From the NCBI GenBank assembly GCA_029781855.1, contig JAKOVX010000060.1, positions 48,405 through 112,404 on the forward strand: DNA of 64,000 nt, read 5' to 3'. Made by a program: the position numbers and the translations under genes. The notes beneath the pieces are model-generated. The model saw only the letters and a program-made list of their open reading frames with translations, was not told the origin of the DNA and did not search any database. Below are positions 17,596 through 26,921 of the stretch, piece after piece; the first letter of the stretch is position 1; each line of letters starts with the position of its first letter. This DNA comes from Acidobacteriota bacterium. Lineage in GTDB: Bacteria; Acidobacteriota; Blastocatellia; Pyrinomonadales; Pyrinomonadaceae.

Positions 17596-18630
17596 ATGGC
17601 AATGAAAGCACACTGGATACTTATGGCTGTTTTTTTCCTGGCGGCAACCGTCAGCGGCCAATGGATCAAGCAAACGGTCAACACCACCGCGAGCTTTCGC
17701 GGCTTATCAGTCGTCAGCGAAAAGATCATCTGGGCAAGCGGCACAGGTGGTACCGTAATACGGACGATAGACGGCGGTAAGTCATGGAATGTGATCACAG
17801 TGCCCGGTGCCGAGAAGCTTGATTTCCGCGACATCGAGGCGTTCGACGCAAATACCGCGTACATTTTGAGTATCGGCAACGGAGATTCGTCGCGGATCTA
17901 TAAAACCATCGACGGCGGCAAGACCTGGAAACTACAATTTAAGAACACGAACGAAAAGGCGTTTTTCGACGCGATCGCATGTTTGAACAGAGATAGCTGC
18001 ATCGCCATGAGCGATCCTGTCGATCGTCAGTTCGTTCTGGTCTCCACAGCGAGTGGCGGTGCCAAATGGGAAACCGAACGCAGAAGGATGCCCGATACTA
18101 AGGATGGTGAAGCCGCCTTTGCGGCGAGTGGAACCTGTTTAGCAGTTCAGTTGATGCGTGACCTTCCAAACTTTCGTATGTACTTGGTTTCGGGCGGCAA
18201 CGATGCACGAGTCTTTCGTGGAGTTTCTACGCTCGAAGCTGGCCTTTTATGGCAGGTCTTTGATACGCCAATGTCGAGGGGCACGTCGGGTAGCGGCATT
18301 TTTTCAATCGCGATGGCGGATGCAAAGAACGGTGTCATCGTCGGCGGAAACTATGAGAAGCCAAACGAAGCCATAGACAATCTTGCGTTCACAACCGACG
18401 GCGGTAAAACGTGGGAACTCGGAACGGGCTTGACTGGCTATCGGTCCGGCGTAACCTACATTGACAAGAATACAATCGTCGCGGTGGGAACTAACGGTTC
18501 TGACATTAGCCGCGACGGCGGCAAGACTTGGAAAATCCTCGGTAAAGAAGATCTGAATGCGGTCCAGGCCAAGGGTAAGAAAGCTGTTTGGGCAGTTGGG
18601 CCGAAAGGCGGTGTCTACAAAATGAAGTAA
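17596..18630 (+). CDS. BNR/Asp-box repeat beta-propeller protein (Ycf48-like)
   Basis: Signal peptide and repeated S/T-x-D-G-G-K-[ST]-W boxes: TIDGGKSWN, TIDGGKTWK, TTDGGKTWE, SRDGGKTWK. Confidence 0.75.
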   Translation: MAMKAHWILMAVFFLAATVSGQWIKQTVNTTASFRGLSVVSEKIIWASGTGGTVIRTIDGGKSWNVITVPGAEKLDFRDIEAFDANTAYILSIGNGDSSRIYKTIDGGKTWKLQFKNTNEKAFFDAIACLNRDSCIAMSDPVDRQFVLVSTASGGAKWETERRRMPDTKDGEAAFAASGTCLAVQLMRDLPNFRMYLVSGGNDARVFRGVSTLEAGLLWQVFDTPMSRGTSGSGIFSIAMADAKNGVIVGGNYEKPNEAIDNLAFTTDGGKTWELGTGLTGYRSGVTYIDKNTIVAVGTNGSDISRDGGKTWKILGKEDLNAVQAKGKKAVWAVGPKGGVYKMK

Positions 18631-18632
18631 CC

Positions 18633-19067
18633 ATGCAGAGCTTTACGAGTATTCCATTTAAGGCCGAGAGCGGACTATCGCAGGTTAACGGCGTTGCGAA
18701 ATTTTCGAGCGCCGGGATCGTGATGGAATTCGAATCCAAGCTTTTCGGGTTGATCTCAAACGGAGTTCGGGACGCAAGGCTCGCTACCGACGAAATTTAC
18801 GATATCAAATTCAAGAAAGGACTCTTCAAACTAGGTGCGAAGATCCAGATCCGGACCAAATCAATCGCAAAACTAAGTGAATTGCCAAATAAAGATGGCA
18901 AGGTCACGCTGAAGATAGAAAGAGCCGATTTTGAGCGAGCGAGTGAGGCGGTGTCAAAATTACAGAAAGATATGGCTCAAACCGCCGCCGATCTCCCGCC
19001 CCTACATACTCCGATCAGTGTCTTATTTGACGAAAGTGAGGACGAAACAAAGGAATTGACCGAATAG
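18633..19067 (+). CDS. Hypothetical protein
   Basis: 144-aa ORF from ATG 18633, just after the preceding stop. No motif recognised. A terminator hairpin follows it. Confidence 0.5.
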   Translation: MQSFTSIPFKAESGLSQVNGVAKFSSAGIVMEFESKLFGLISNGVRDARLATDEIYDIKFKKGLFKLGAKIQIRTKSIAKLSELPNKDGKVTLKIERADFERASEAVSKLQKDMAQTAADLPPLHTPISVLFDESEDETKELTE

Positions 19068-19097
19068 TGCGAAAATAACGATTTGCAAATGAGGAAA

Positions 19098-19134
19098 CGG
19101 CCCATTCGATCACTCGGATGGGCCGCTAGTTTTT
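19098..19134. terminator. Bidirectional intrinsic terminator hairpin between convergent genes
   Basis: 8-bp stem CGGCCCAT / ATGGGCCG, followed by TAGTTTTT on the + strand and a T-rich run on the - strand. Confidence 0.6.
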
Positions 19135-19139
19135 GGGGT

Positions 19140-21320
19140 TCACATCGCCATTCGAGGATCCTGTTTTGGCTTGATCTCGTATTCTTTAGGAGGCTCGCCA
19201 CCCATTAGATTTTTCACGAAATAGTCCCAGCGTCGCCGCATCATATAAAGACTTGCGGCTCCGTAGCCGTGTCTGGCGTTCGGGATCATGATCAGGTCGA
19301 AATCCTTGTTCGCCTTGATCAGTGCATCAACCACCAGCAAAGTGTTGTTCGGCGGTACGTTGTCGTCCATCGTTCCGTGGGCAAGCAAGAGATGTCCTTT
19401 CAGGTTCTGGGCGTAATTCTGGTTAGCCTGCTTTTCATAGTTATCTCCAGAGAGAAGTCCGATGTAGCGTTCTCCCCAGTCATCCTCGTAGTTCCGGTTG
19501 TCGTGATTTCCCGACTCGGAGATGCCAACTTTAAAGAAATCAGGGTATCTAAACATCGCCGCGGCGGTCGCGAAACCACCACCAGAGTGACCCCAAATAC
19601 CAACACGGTTTATGTCAATGTAAGGATATTTGGCAGCGAGCTGCTTGATCGCCGCGATCTGGTCTTCGAGGGTGTTGTCCGCCATATTGCCATAGCATGA
19701 ATCGTGGAATGCTTTGGAACGGAGCGGATTGCACATGCCGTCAACGACCATTACGACGAAACCCAGTTCCGCTAAAGCCTGATGGTCGTTTCGACTCGGA
19801 GCAAATGAACGGCTGCCGACACCGCCGCCCTGCGGCCCCGGATAAATGTAGTCGATGATCGGATATTTCTTAGACGGATCCACGTTGGTCGGAGTAAACA
19901 TCAATCCATAAAGGTCGGTCTCGCCATCGCGAGCCTTAACGACGATCGGTGTTGGCGGTTTCCAGCCAGTGGCCGCAAGACGTGAGACGTCCGCCTTCTC
20001 GAGATTAGCAACGAGTTTTCCTTTTGAATCACGCAGGACTGAGACAGCCGGAGTATTCGGAGTCGAGTAGTTGTCGACAAAGTACTTGCCGTCCGGAGAC
20101 CATGTAACATCATGATTGGCATTTTCCGGTGTCAGGAGCGTTAGGTTCTTTCCGTCAAAGCCGACACTATACGTATGACTAAAATATGGGTCGTTTCCCT
20201 TCTCGCGGCCTCCGGCCTCGAAATAGATCGTTCGGTTCTTTTCATCGACATCTGAAACGCGCCAGACAGCCCAATTGCCCGAAGTGATCTGGTTCTTGAG
20301 TTTGCCGGTCGTCAGGTCGTAAAGGTAAAGATGTCCCCAACCGTCTCGCTCAGTGAACCAGATGAATTCATTCGTTGCCGGCAGATAGCGCCAGTTGACC
20401 GTTCCCTGGCCTGACTCAAACTGCGTCGGGCTGATCTCCTCATAAACGTCGCGGACCTTACCGGTGGCAGCATCGGCAACACGTAAATTTTCTTTTTTAT
20501 GATCACGAGACGTGGAGACAAATGCGAGACTCGTGCCGTCAGTGTTCCAGTAAACATCATCCCAACTGCCGTCGCATGAAATGTCGTCGCACTGGGTCGA
20601 ACGGTGCGGGTCCGGCGGCATCTGAAGCCGGATCACCTTAGGAGAGTCAACTTCTATTATTACGCGAGAGATCATCGCAATGTTCGGGTCGCCGGGAAGC
20701 GCGGATTTCCATTGACTCAGTTTCGGTGCACCAACGTTGGTCGAAACCAAATAGGTATCGCTGACATTTCGTTCGTCCTGTTGAAAAGTAGCGATCTTCT
20801 TCGAGTCTGGCGACCATACCAGGATCGCCCGATCACTCTTCTTCCAGCCCGCGTTATCAGTCGCGTAACCGAAGTTCTTGATGCCGTCAGTTGTTAACTG
20901 GGTTTCCTTTCCGCTTGCGACATCTCGTACCCAGAGATTGAAATCCTTGATGAAAGCCGCCTTAGTTCCGTCGGGCGAGGTTATAGCATTTCCGCCGCCG
21001 CCGAAGCGCCCGCCGCCGCTGAATGCTGGAGCCGTAATTCCCAGATCTGCGAGCTTCGCCGCAAACTTTCGAGAGCCATCCGCCGGGTTGATCACGACAT
21101 ACTCACTTCCAGTTGGCGTCAAAACCCGGTACCAAAACCTGCCGTCCGCTAGAAACGTGGGCCGGACACTGGCCCGATCGACCAGCGGAGCCGTGTTAAA
21201 GCTGAGCATTTTCTCAGCTCGAGCGTAGTCGGCGGCAGTAAGCACCGGTCCCTGAGCAAAAACGCCAGAGACGGACGACACAAAGAACAACGCGATCAAG
21301 GAAATAGATATTCTTTTCAT
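19140..21320 (-). CDS. Dipeptidyl-peptidase IV family serine peptidase (S9B)
   Basis: Signal peptide, a DPP-IV-type N-terminal propeller region, a GIWGHSGGGF nucleophile elbow and a C-terminal D...H catalytic region. Confidence 0.88.
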   Translation of the reverse strand: MKRISISLIALFFVSSVSGVFAQGPVLTAADYARAEKMLSFNTAPLVDRASVRPTFLADGRFWYRVLTPTGSEYVVINPADGSRKFAAKLADLGITAPAFSGGGRFGGGGNAITSPDGTKAAFIKDFNLWVRDVASGKETQLTTDGIKNFGYATDNAGWKKSDRAILVWSPDSKKIATFQQDERNVSDTYLVSTNVGAPKLSQWKSALPGDPNIAMISRVIIEVDSPKVIRLQMPPDPHRSTQCDDISCDGSWDDVYWNTDGTSLAFVSTSRDHKKENLRVADAATGKVRDVYEEISPTQFESGQGTVNWRYLPATNEFIWFTERDGWGHLYLYDLTTGKLKNQITSGNWAVWRVSDVDEKNRTIYFEAGGREKGNDPYFSHTYSVGFDGKNLTLLTPENANHDVTWSPDGKYFVDNYSTPNTPAVSVLRDSKGKLVANLEKADVSRLAATGWKPPTPIVVKARDGETDLYGLMFTPTNVDPSKKYPIIDYIYPGPQGGGVGSRSFAPSRNDHQALAELGFVVMVVDGMCNPLRSKAFHDSCYGNMADNTLEDQIAAIKQLAAKYPYIDINRVGIWGHSGGGFATAAAMFRYPDFFKVGISESGNHDNRNYEDDWGERYIGLLSGDNYEKQANQNYAQNLKGHLLLAHGTMDDNVPPNNTLLVVDALIKANKDFDLIMIPNARHGYGAASLYMMRRRWDYFVKNLMGGEPPKEYEIKPKQDPRMAM

Positions 21321-21473
21321 TTGGATTAGTTAGAACCTCTACGGTCTTGGAAATAGAGCATTTACGTGTTGATTTGTTACTAATACCCATTTTACAGCAT
21401 TAAGTTTCGCAAATGTATTCTCAAATCGGCCGATTTGAAACATTTTCCGAAATTTCTATACTTGGATTCTAAG

Positions 21474-21914
21474 ATGAAAGCCCGAACAAACGATCTTGGC
21501 CGTCTCATTACTGTTCACGGTATGTCCCCTGCGTACAAGCAGCAGGCGGTATTTATAATTGTCCTTTCGTTTCTGTTCTTTTTATCGACGATGCTTGCGT
21601 TTTATATGTTGGGCAGCTTTTTGTATTTCCTGCTTGCTTCCGGATTTCTGGTTGTTTATCTGGTCTCGCTGATCTCGTTTCTAACACAGCGACGATACGC
21701 AGTCAGAACGTATGAGAACGGTATGGAATATCGCGCTTTTTTTTCTCGATGGGAGGACATCGGCACAGTTAAATGGAAGGCAGATCGACGTTCGCGGAAT
21801 CTAGTAATCGAAACCGATGACGGTCCGAGCGTCTCAATTCCTTCGTCGATCGACAATATTGAGCACCTAGCGAAGATCATTGCTAAGAGTACGAATAAAA
21901 AGGTCCTACCCTAG
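21474..21914 (+). CDS. Hypothetical membrane protein (two TM segments plus a small cytoplasmic domain)
   Basis: ORF with two long hydrophobic segments. ATG 21474 is preferred over TTG 21435. Confidence 0.5.
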   Translation: MKARTNDLGRLITVHGMSPAYKQQAVFIIVLSFLFFLSTMLAFYMLGSFLYFLLASGFLVVYLVSLISFLTQRRYAVRTYENGMEYRAFFSRWEDIGTVKWKADRRSRNLVIETDDGPSVSIPSSIDNIEHLAKIIAKSTNKKVLP

Positions 21915-22047
21915 CCACGATCCACACCAAAAACGAGCGTAGGCCCGATAGGGCAGTTGTCGCACGCCTTTTTCTTAGCAGGCATTTTCTTGTATCCTAT
22001 CTTATTAGGGATTTGCCGAAAGGCTTGGATCTGACAACGGAGAAATT

Positions 22048-23817
22048 ATGAGCGTAGAAGTCGTGATGCCCCAGATGGGCGAATCGATAACCGAAGGTAC
22101 CGTTTCTAAATGGCTTAAGAAAGTTGGCGAACACGTCGACAAAGATGAAGCCGTGCTGGAGATCTCGACCGATAAAGTCGATGCGGAAGTCCCGAGTCCG
22201 GGTGCCGGCGTTCTGCTGGAGGTGCGTCATCAGGAGGGTGAAACTGTAGAAGTTGGAACGGTTTTGGCTGTGATAGGAGTTGAGGGCGAGGTTCCTGCAG
22301 CCAGTAAAAATTCTCAGGCCGGTTCACCCGCAGAGCATGCTACGACATCGCCGATCGAAGAATCGGAACCTGCGGTGTTTGAGACACCTGAAGTTCAGAC
22401 TCAAACCACGACATCTGGAACTGTCACACCACAATCGCAAACTGAGTCGTCGGCTGGTGCCTCCGAGATCGTCATGCCACAAATGGGCGAATCCATAACT
22501 GAGGGTACAGTCTCGAAATGGCTCAAGGCGGTCGGTGATACTATCGAAAAAGACGAGGCGTTGCTCGAAATATCAACGGACAAGGTCGATGCCGAGGTGC
22601 CTTCTCCAACGTCGGGAACGCTGCTGGAAATAAAGGTAAACGAGGGTGAAACAGTTGAGGTCGGGGCTCTCCTCGCAGTCGTCGGAGCATCAGGTAGTTC
22701 GGTCAGCCCACCGAACGCGGTAACGGAATCTAAGAAAGATGTAGTCTTGCCATCGATTGAGAACCCGGTTCTACCTGTTGCTACCGGACCGGCTCCCCAA
22801 CTACGAGCCGTGGCGGCCGCCGCATCGTCAAACGGCGGGACTGGAAGTCCGACCGCCGAGGACCTGCGACGGACAAAATCAAGTCCGCTTGTTCGCAATA
22901 TTGCCCGCGAACACGGGATCGATATAACGCGGATCCCCGGATCAGGCCTGAGTGGCCGCGTCACAAAAAATGATATTTTGTCGTTCATAGAAACGGGGGC
23001 GGCACTTCGCCCACAAGATCTCTTGCTGAAACGGCCGCAGCCGACGGTGACTACCGGTTCCGCTATGCCTCCAGCTAAGGCAGAGCCCCGTGTGCCTCAG
23101 ACATTTACTTCGATGGAAGATCGGGTTGAAAAAATGTCGGTAATGCGGAAGAAAATCTCCGAGCACATGACGATGTCGAAACAGATATCGGCCCACGTGA
23201 CTAGCGTTTATGAGATCGACATGACAAACGTAGCGAAATTCAGAAATGCCAATCAGGCTGAGTTTCAGGCTCGCTTTGGCACGAAGCTGACCTACATGCC
23301 GTTTATCTTCCAGGCGGTCACCAATGCGATTCGGGAATATCGAATCGTAAATTCCCAAGTCGATGGCGATCAGATCATTTATAAAGGCGACATTAATCTT
23401 GGCATGGCGGTCGCCCTGGATTGGGGGCTGATCGTTCCAGTGATCAGGAACGCCGATACGCTGACGCTTTCGGAATTGGCGATAACCGCGAATGATCTTG
23501 CCGATCGCGCACGAACGAAACGGCTAAAACCGGACGAAGTCCAGGGCGGCACCTTTACGATCACAAATCCCGGCGTTTTCGGCGGACTATTCGGAACTCC
23601 GATCATTAATCAGCCGCAGGTTGCCATCCTTTGTGTTGGCACTATCGAAAAACGACCCAAGGTGCTGACGTCGCCTGACGGAGATGATTATATAGCGATC
23701 CGGCAAATGGCATATTTTGCTTTGACGTATGACCATCGGATAGTCGACGGCGCCGACGCCGAGCGATTTTTAGCATATATGAAGGAATTTCTCGAGGCCG
23801 GAAACTTCACGATTTAG
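22048..23817 (+). CDS. 2-oxoacid dehydrogenase E2 (dihydrolipoamide acyltransferase) with two lipoyl domains
   Basis: Two copies of the MPQMGESITEGTVSKWLK...LEISTDKVDAEVPSP lipoyl domain. An E3-binding domain (SPLVRNIAREHGIDI) is present. The catalytic domain carries YDHRIVDGA. Confidence 0.9.
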   Translation: MSVEVVMPQMGESITEGTVSKWLKKVGEHVDKDEAVLEISTDKVDAEVPSPGAGVLLEVRHQEGETVEVGTVLAVIGVEGEVPAASKNSQAGSPAEHATTSPIEESEPAVFETPEVQTQTTTSGTVTPQSQTESSAGASEIVMPQMGESITEGTVSKWLKAVGDTIEKDEALLEISTDKVDAEVPSPTSGTLLEIKVNEGETVEVGALLAVVGASGSSVSPPNAVTESKKDVVLPSIENPVLPVATGPAPQLRAVAAAASSNGGTGSPTAEDLRRTKSSPLVRNIAREHGIDITRIPGSGLSGRVTKNDILSFIETGAALRPQDLLLKRPQPTVTTGSAMPPAKAEPRVPQTFTSMEDRVEKMSVMRKKISEHMTMSKQISAHVTSVYEIDMTNVAKFRNANQAEFQARFGTKLTYMPFIFQAVTNAIREYRIVNSQVDGDQIIYKGDINLGMAVALDWGLIVPVIRNADTLTLSELAITANDLADRARTKRLKPDEVQGGTFTITNPGVFGGLFGTPIINQPQVAILCVGTIEKRPKVLTSPDGDDYIAIRQMAYFALTYDHRIVDGADAERFLAYMKEFLEAGNFTI

Positions 23818-24147
23818 TAACATCCTTATTATTCGGGTGTTTAGGTCGCGAAAAAACGCTGGAAAGTCGCGTTGCCGATAGGTTATTATTAAGAAGTTAG
23901 ATTTATTTAGCAATTAGGTTCCACAGGGACAGGTAATTTTGATTTTCGGCCGATCACGGTTATTTGTACTAAATACTCTTTTGGGGGGACTCTTTCCTAT
24001 ACAGGTGGTTTGTGCTCGTAGGTTTGGATGAGTGCCAAAATGAGCTTCACAAGAAATTCTCAACATTGTCCGACAACTCATCGCGGAGTTTGTGCGTCAA
24101 ACGTGCCGACTCCTTCTTCAAAAGTGATTTCAATTCGGGGGAAAATT

Positions 24148-25116
24148 ATGGTTAAGAAAATTTCAATACTTGCTCTGCTTTTTTCGTTTGGAGTTGTTGG
24201 AGCCCTTGCACAGGGTGCACAACTTCGCACATTGGCCGCGGGCCAAAAATATAAGATCAAAGGCGTGATCGTCTCGAAGGAGAACGATTCGACCTACGTT
24301 GTTCGTGATATGGTCGGTGTCGACACCAAGATCGTCGTGGCACCTAACGCCAGCATCAAGAACAATAGTTTCTGGGGCGGCGACAAGTATCCGGTAACGT
24401 CTCTTGTTCGCGGGCTGAATCTCGAGGTCGAAGGCATCGGTGACAGCACCGGCAGTCTGTCGGTAAACAAGGTTCGATTTGATAAGAACAACTTGTTGAC
24501 GGCTCAGTCGATCGATTCCCGGGTTACGCCAGCCGAGGAAAGACTGACGGCAGCTGAGCAAAATGCCCAGCGTGTTTCCGGACAGATCGATGAACTGATG
24601 GCGATCTCGAACGCAGCGAAGGGCGGTGCAAAGGCCGCTCAGGACACAGCTGATGCAGCCGTCGCAGGCGTTAACGCTACCAACAAGCGTATCTCGGATC
24701 TGGATGACTATGTGGTTCAGTCTACGGCTACAGTAAACTTCAAGGTTGGCAGTGCAGTGTTGTCGCCAGAAGCAAAGGCTTCGCTCGATGAGATCGCAAC
24801 GGCATCGACTTCGCTGAAAGGCTACACGATCGAAGTCACTGGCTTTGCGTCATCTGATGGCAATGCCAAAATGAATAAGATCCTTAGCGAACGCCGTGCT
24901 CAGGCCGTCAAAGACTACCTGATCGAGGTTCACAATATTCCGCTTCGCCGGATAGGGACGTCGTATGGTTTTGGCGAACTGCAGGCTGTTGCTGACAATT
25001 CGACCAGGGAAGGACGTGAACAGAACCGACGCGTCGAGATCAAATTACTCGTCAGCCGAGGTATCAATCAGAACGTCGAAGTTAAGTCTCAGGCCAAAGA
25101 TCCGAACGAACAGTAG
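24148..25116 (+). CDS. OmpA-family protein (periplasmic peptidoglycan-binding C-terminal domain)
   Basis: Signal peptide MVKKISILALLFSFGVVGALAQ with a GGGGG-rich RBS upstream. C-terminal OmpA motif GFASSDG...LSERRAQAVKDYL...NRRVEI. Start trimmed from 24028. Confidence 0.85.
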   Translation: MVKKISILALLFSFGVVGALAQGAQLRTLAAGQKYKIKGVIVSKENDSTYVVRDMVGVDTKIVVAPNASIKNNSFWGGDKYPVTSLVRGLNLEVEGIGDSTGSLSVNKVRFDKNNLLTAQSIDSRVTPAEERLTAAEQNAQRVSGQIDELMAISNAAKGGAKAAQDTADAAVAGVNATNKRISDLDDYVVQSTATVNFKVGSAVLSPEAKASLDEIATASTSLKGYTIEVTGFASSDGNAKMNKILSERRAQAVKDYLIEVHNIPLRRIGTSYGFGELQAVADNSTREGREQNRRVEIKLLVSRGINQNVEVKSQAKDPNEQ

Positions 25117-25140
25117 ATCTTTTTCGCAACTAGGGCGAGT

Positions 25141-25185
25141 CGCAGAGGCCGATCATTCAGCCTCTGCGGCCGCCCCTTTTCTTTC
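25141..25185 (+). terminator. Intrinsic terminator after the OmpA-family gene
   Basis: 9-bp stem CGCAGAGGC / GCCTCTGCG with a 10-nt loop, followed by CCCTTTTCTTTC. Confidence 0.6.
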
Positions 25186-25197
25186 GATCCTCCAAAA

Positions 25198-26301
25198 ATG
25201 AACAAAGCAATACCCGGAAAGTTGGCAATTCTTTTCTTTTCACTTTGTGTTTTTTCACTCCAGCAATTCGCGCAGACACCTACGCCTTCACCGAAGGTCG
25301 ACGATGACATTATCAAAGTCGAGTCGCGTCTGGTTGTCGTACCCGTCTCTGTTACCGATTCGGACGGACAGCCGGTTGTTGGGCTCAAGGCCTCCGATTT
25401 CAGGATCGCCGAGGAAAACAAGCCCCAGACGATAGAAAATCTTGGTACCGCGGACGTTGTGCCTCTGGAGATAGCTTTGCTTTTTGATATATCAGCAAGC
25501 ACGGATGCGATGTTCAAGTTCGAACAGGAGACCGCCGCGAAATTCCTGAAAGAGGTAATGCGGCCTATTGATCGAGCGACCGTGTTTACGATCGGGCAGC
25601 GAGGCGTCCTGGTACAGCCGCGAGACTCGTCGGAAAAAACGGCTGCCAGCATCAGAACGATCTCGCCAACCAAGGAACAGACGGCCTTTTACGATTCGGT
25701 CCGATTAGCTGCGGATTACCTTAACAAGAACGCTCCGCAAGGTACTCGGCGGGTCATAGTTATCATTTCAGACGGAGAAGACACGGCTAGCGAGGGCATT
25801 GTGAGGGCGATCTGGAATGCCGAGCGGAATATCTCGGACAGCGTACAGGGCCAGGAGCTTAGGGCCTTACGCGTCAAAGCCCGTGACTCTGCCAAAGTCG
25901 TCGAACAGAATAAGGTCGTCAAATCGCTCCAGAACGCCGACACCGTGTTCTATTCGATCAATCCTGCCGGGAGTTCGTATTTGCTGAACACGATAAGTGT
26001 GTTTGGTCAGCAGAACATGCAGAAATTTGCGGATGAAACAGGCGGTACAGCGTTTCTGCCTAAATTCCTGCCGGTCGACACGACAGATCCATACCAAAAC
26101 GAGAACGGAATGAAAAAGAATCAGGCAATGCTGGAGCTGATCTTTCGCCAATTGGCGAGCGAACTACGGTCGCAGTACCTGATCCAATATTATTCCGAGA
26201 CCGACTTCCCTCTGGGCCGATTCGTGAAACTTGAAGTCAAACTGCAGGGACATCCCGGCTCAAAGGTTCGTGCCCGCGACGGATACTTCGTTAAAAACTA
26301 G
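25198..26301 (+). CDS. VWA domain protein of the acidobacterial VWFA-related type
   Basis: The N-terminal VESRLVVVPVSVTDSDGQPVVGLKASDFRIAEENKPQTI block is typical of the TIGR03436-type family. A VWA-like LLFDISAST motif follows it. Confidence 0.85.
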   Translation: MNKAIPGKLAILFFSLCVFSLQQFAQTPTPSPKVDDDIIKVESRLVVVPVSVTDSDGQPVVGLKASDFRIAEENKPQTIENLGTADVVPLEIALLFDISASTDAMFKFEQETAAKFLKEVMRPIDRATVFTIGQRGVLVQPRDSSEKTAASIRTISPTKEQTAFYDSVRLAADYLNKNAPQGTRRVIVIISDGEDTASEGIVRAIWNAERNISDSVQGQELRALRVKARDSAKVVEQNKVVKSLQNADTVFYSINPAGSSYLLNTISVFGQQNMQKFADETGGTAFLPKFLPVDTTDPYQNENGMKKNQAMLELIFRQLASELRSQYLIQYYSETDFPLGRFVKLEVKLQGHPGSKVRARDGYFVKN

Positions 26302-26843
26302 CCGTCGATCCCTTTCGGTGGCATCGCGATCTTGCCCATTATTTCCTTTTCGTGGTTGTTTGACCTCGGAGTTGGGCTTGGTTTAGGTTTTGGCGTCGGG
26401 CTAGGGACCGCCACAGCTCCCATAAGTGGTTCATATTTAGGGGTCGGCGTCGCGAATGGCATCGGAATGCGGAGATCGCCGATCACTGCCTTCTGCCTTG
26501 AGAAGAACGAGGCGAACAACATACCGGTAAATAGGGCCATTATCATCGAAAACGCGGCGGTAACGAACACCGCGGTTCGCTGCTTGACCCGAGCCCATCC
26601 GACCGGGCAATCCTCGGTAATGACAGTACCGTCCGCTCTCTGAAAGAACCGTACACAGAGCCTGCCTTCGGCATTCTGGATCAAACTCTCGGCTTCGTCA
26701 CGGGACATACCCGATAGGTTGTAAACGTTCAGTTTGCAATCACCGCAAAAGCGTTTTCGGTTGTCGCCGTACATCTCGTTCCAATCTGCCTTACAAGGGC
26801 TGGCGATCTTGATATTGTTCAGCGGATTCTCAAATTTCGACAT
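26298..26843 (-). CDS. Cys-rich (zinc-ribbon-like) membrane-anchored hypothetical protein
   Basis: N-terminal SPCKADWNEM...RFCGDCKLNVYNLS pattern, one TM segment and a Pro-rich tail. Confidence 0.6.
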   Translation of the reverse strand: MSKFENPLNNIKIASPCKADWNEMYGDNRKRFCGDCKLNVYNLSGMSRDEAESLIQNAEGRLCVRFFQRADGTVITEDCPVGWARVKQRTAVFVTAAFSMIMALFTGMLFASFFSRQKAVIGDLRIPMPFATPTPKYEPLMGAVAVPSPTPKPKPSPTPRSNNHEKEIMGKIAMPPKGIDG

Positions 26844-26921
26844 AATAGCTCCGTTCTATAAATTTCCAGCAAGCTGCTGTTATTTGATTGAACGAAGTCA
26901 ACTGACTTACTTGCAGGAAAA

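Noticed and set aside
26298-26301. Convergent genes sharing a palindromic CTAG as overlapping stop codons
   Set aside because: This is a coincidental tail-to-tail overlap with no further structure. It is not evidence of anything functional.
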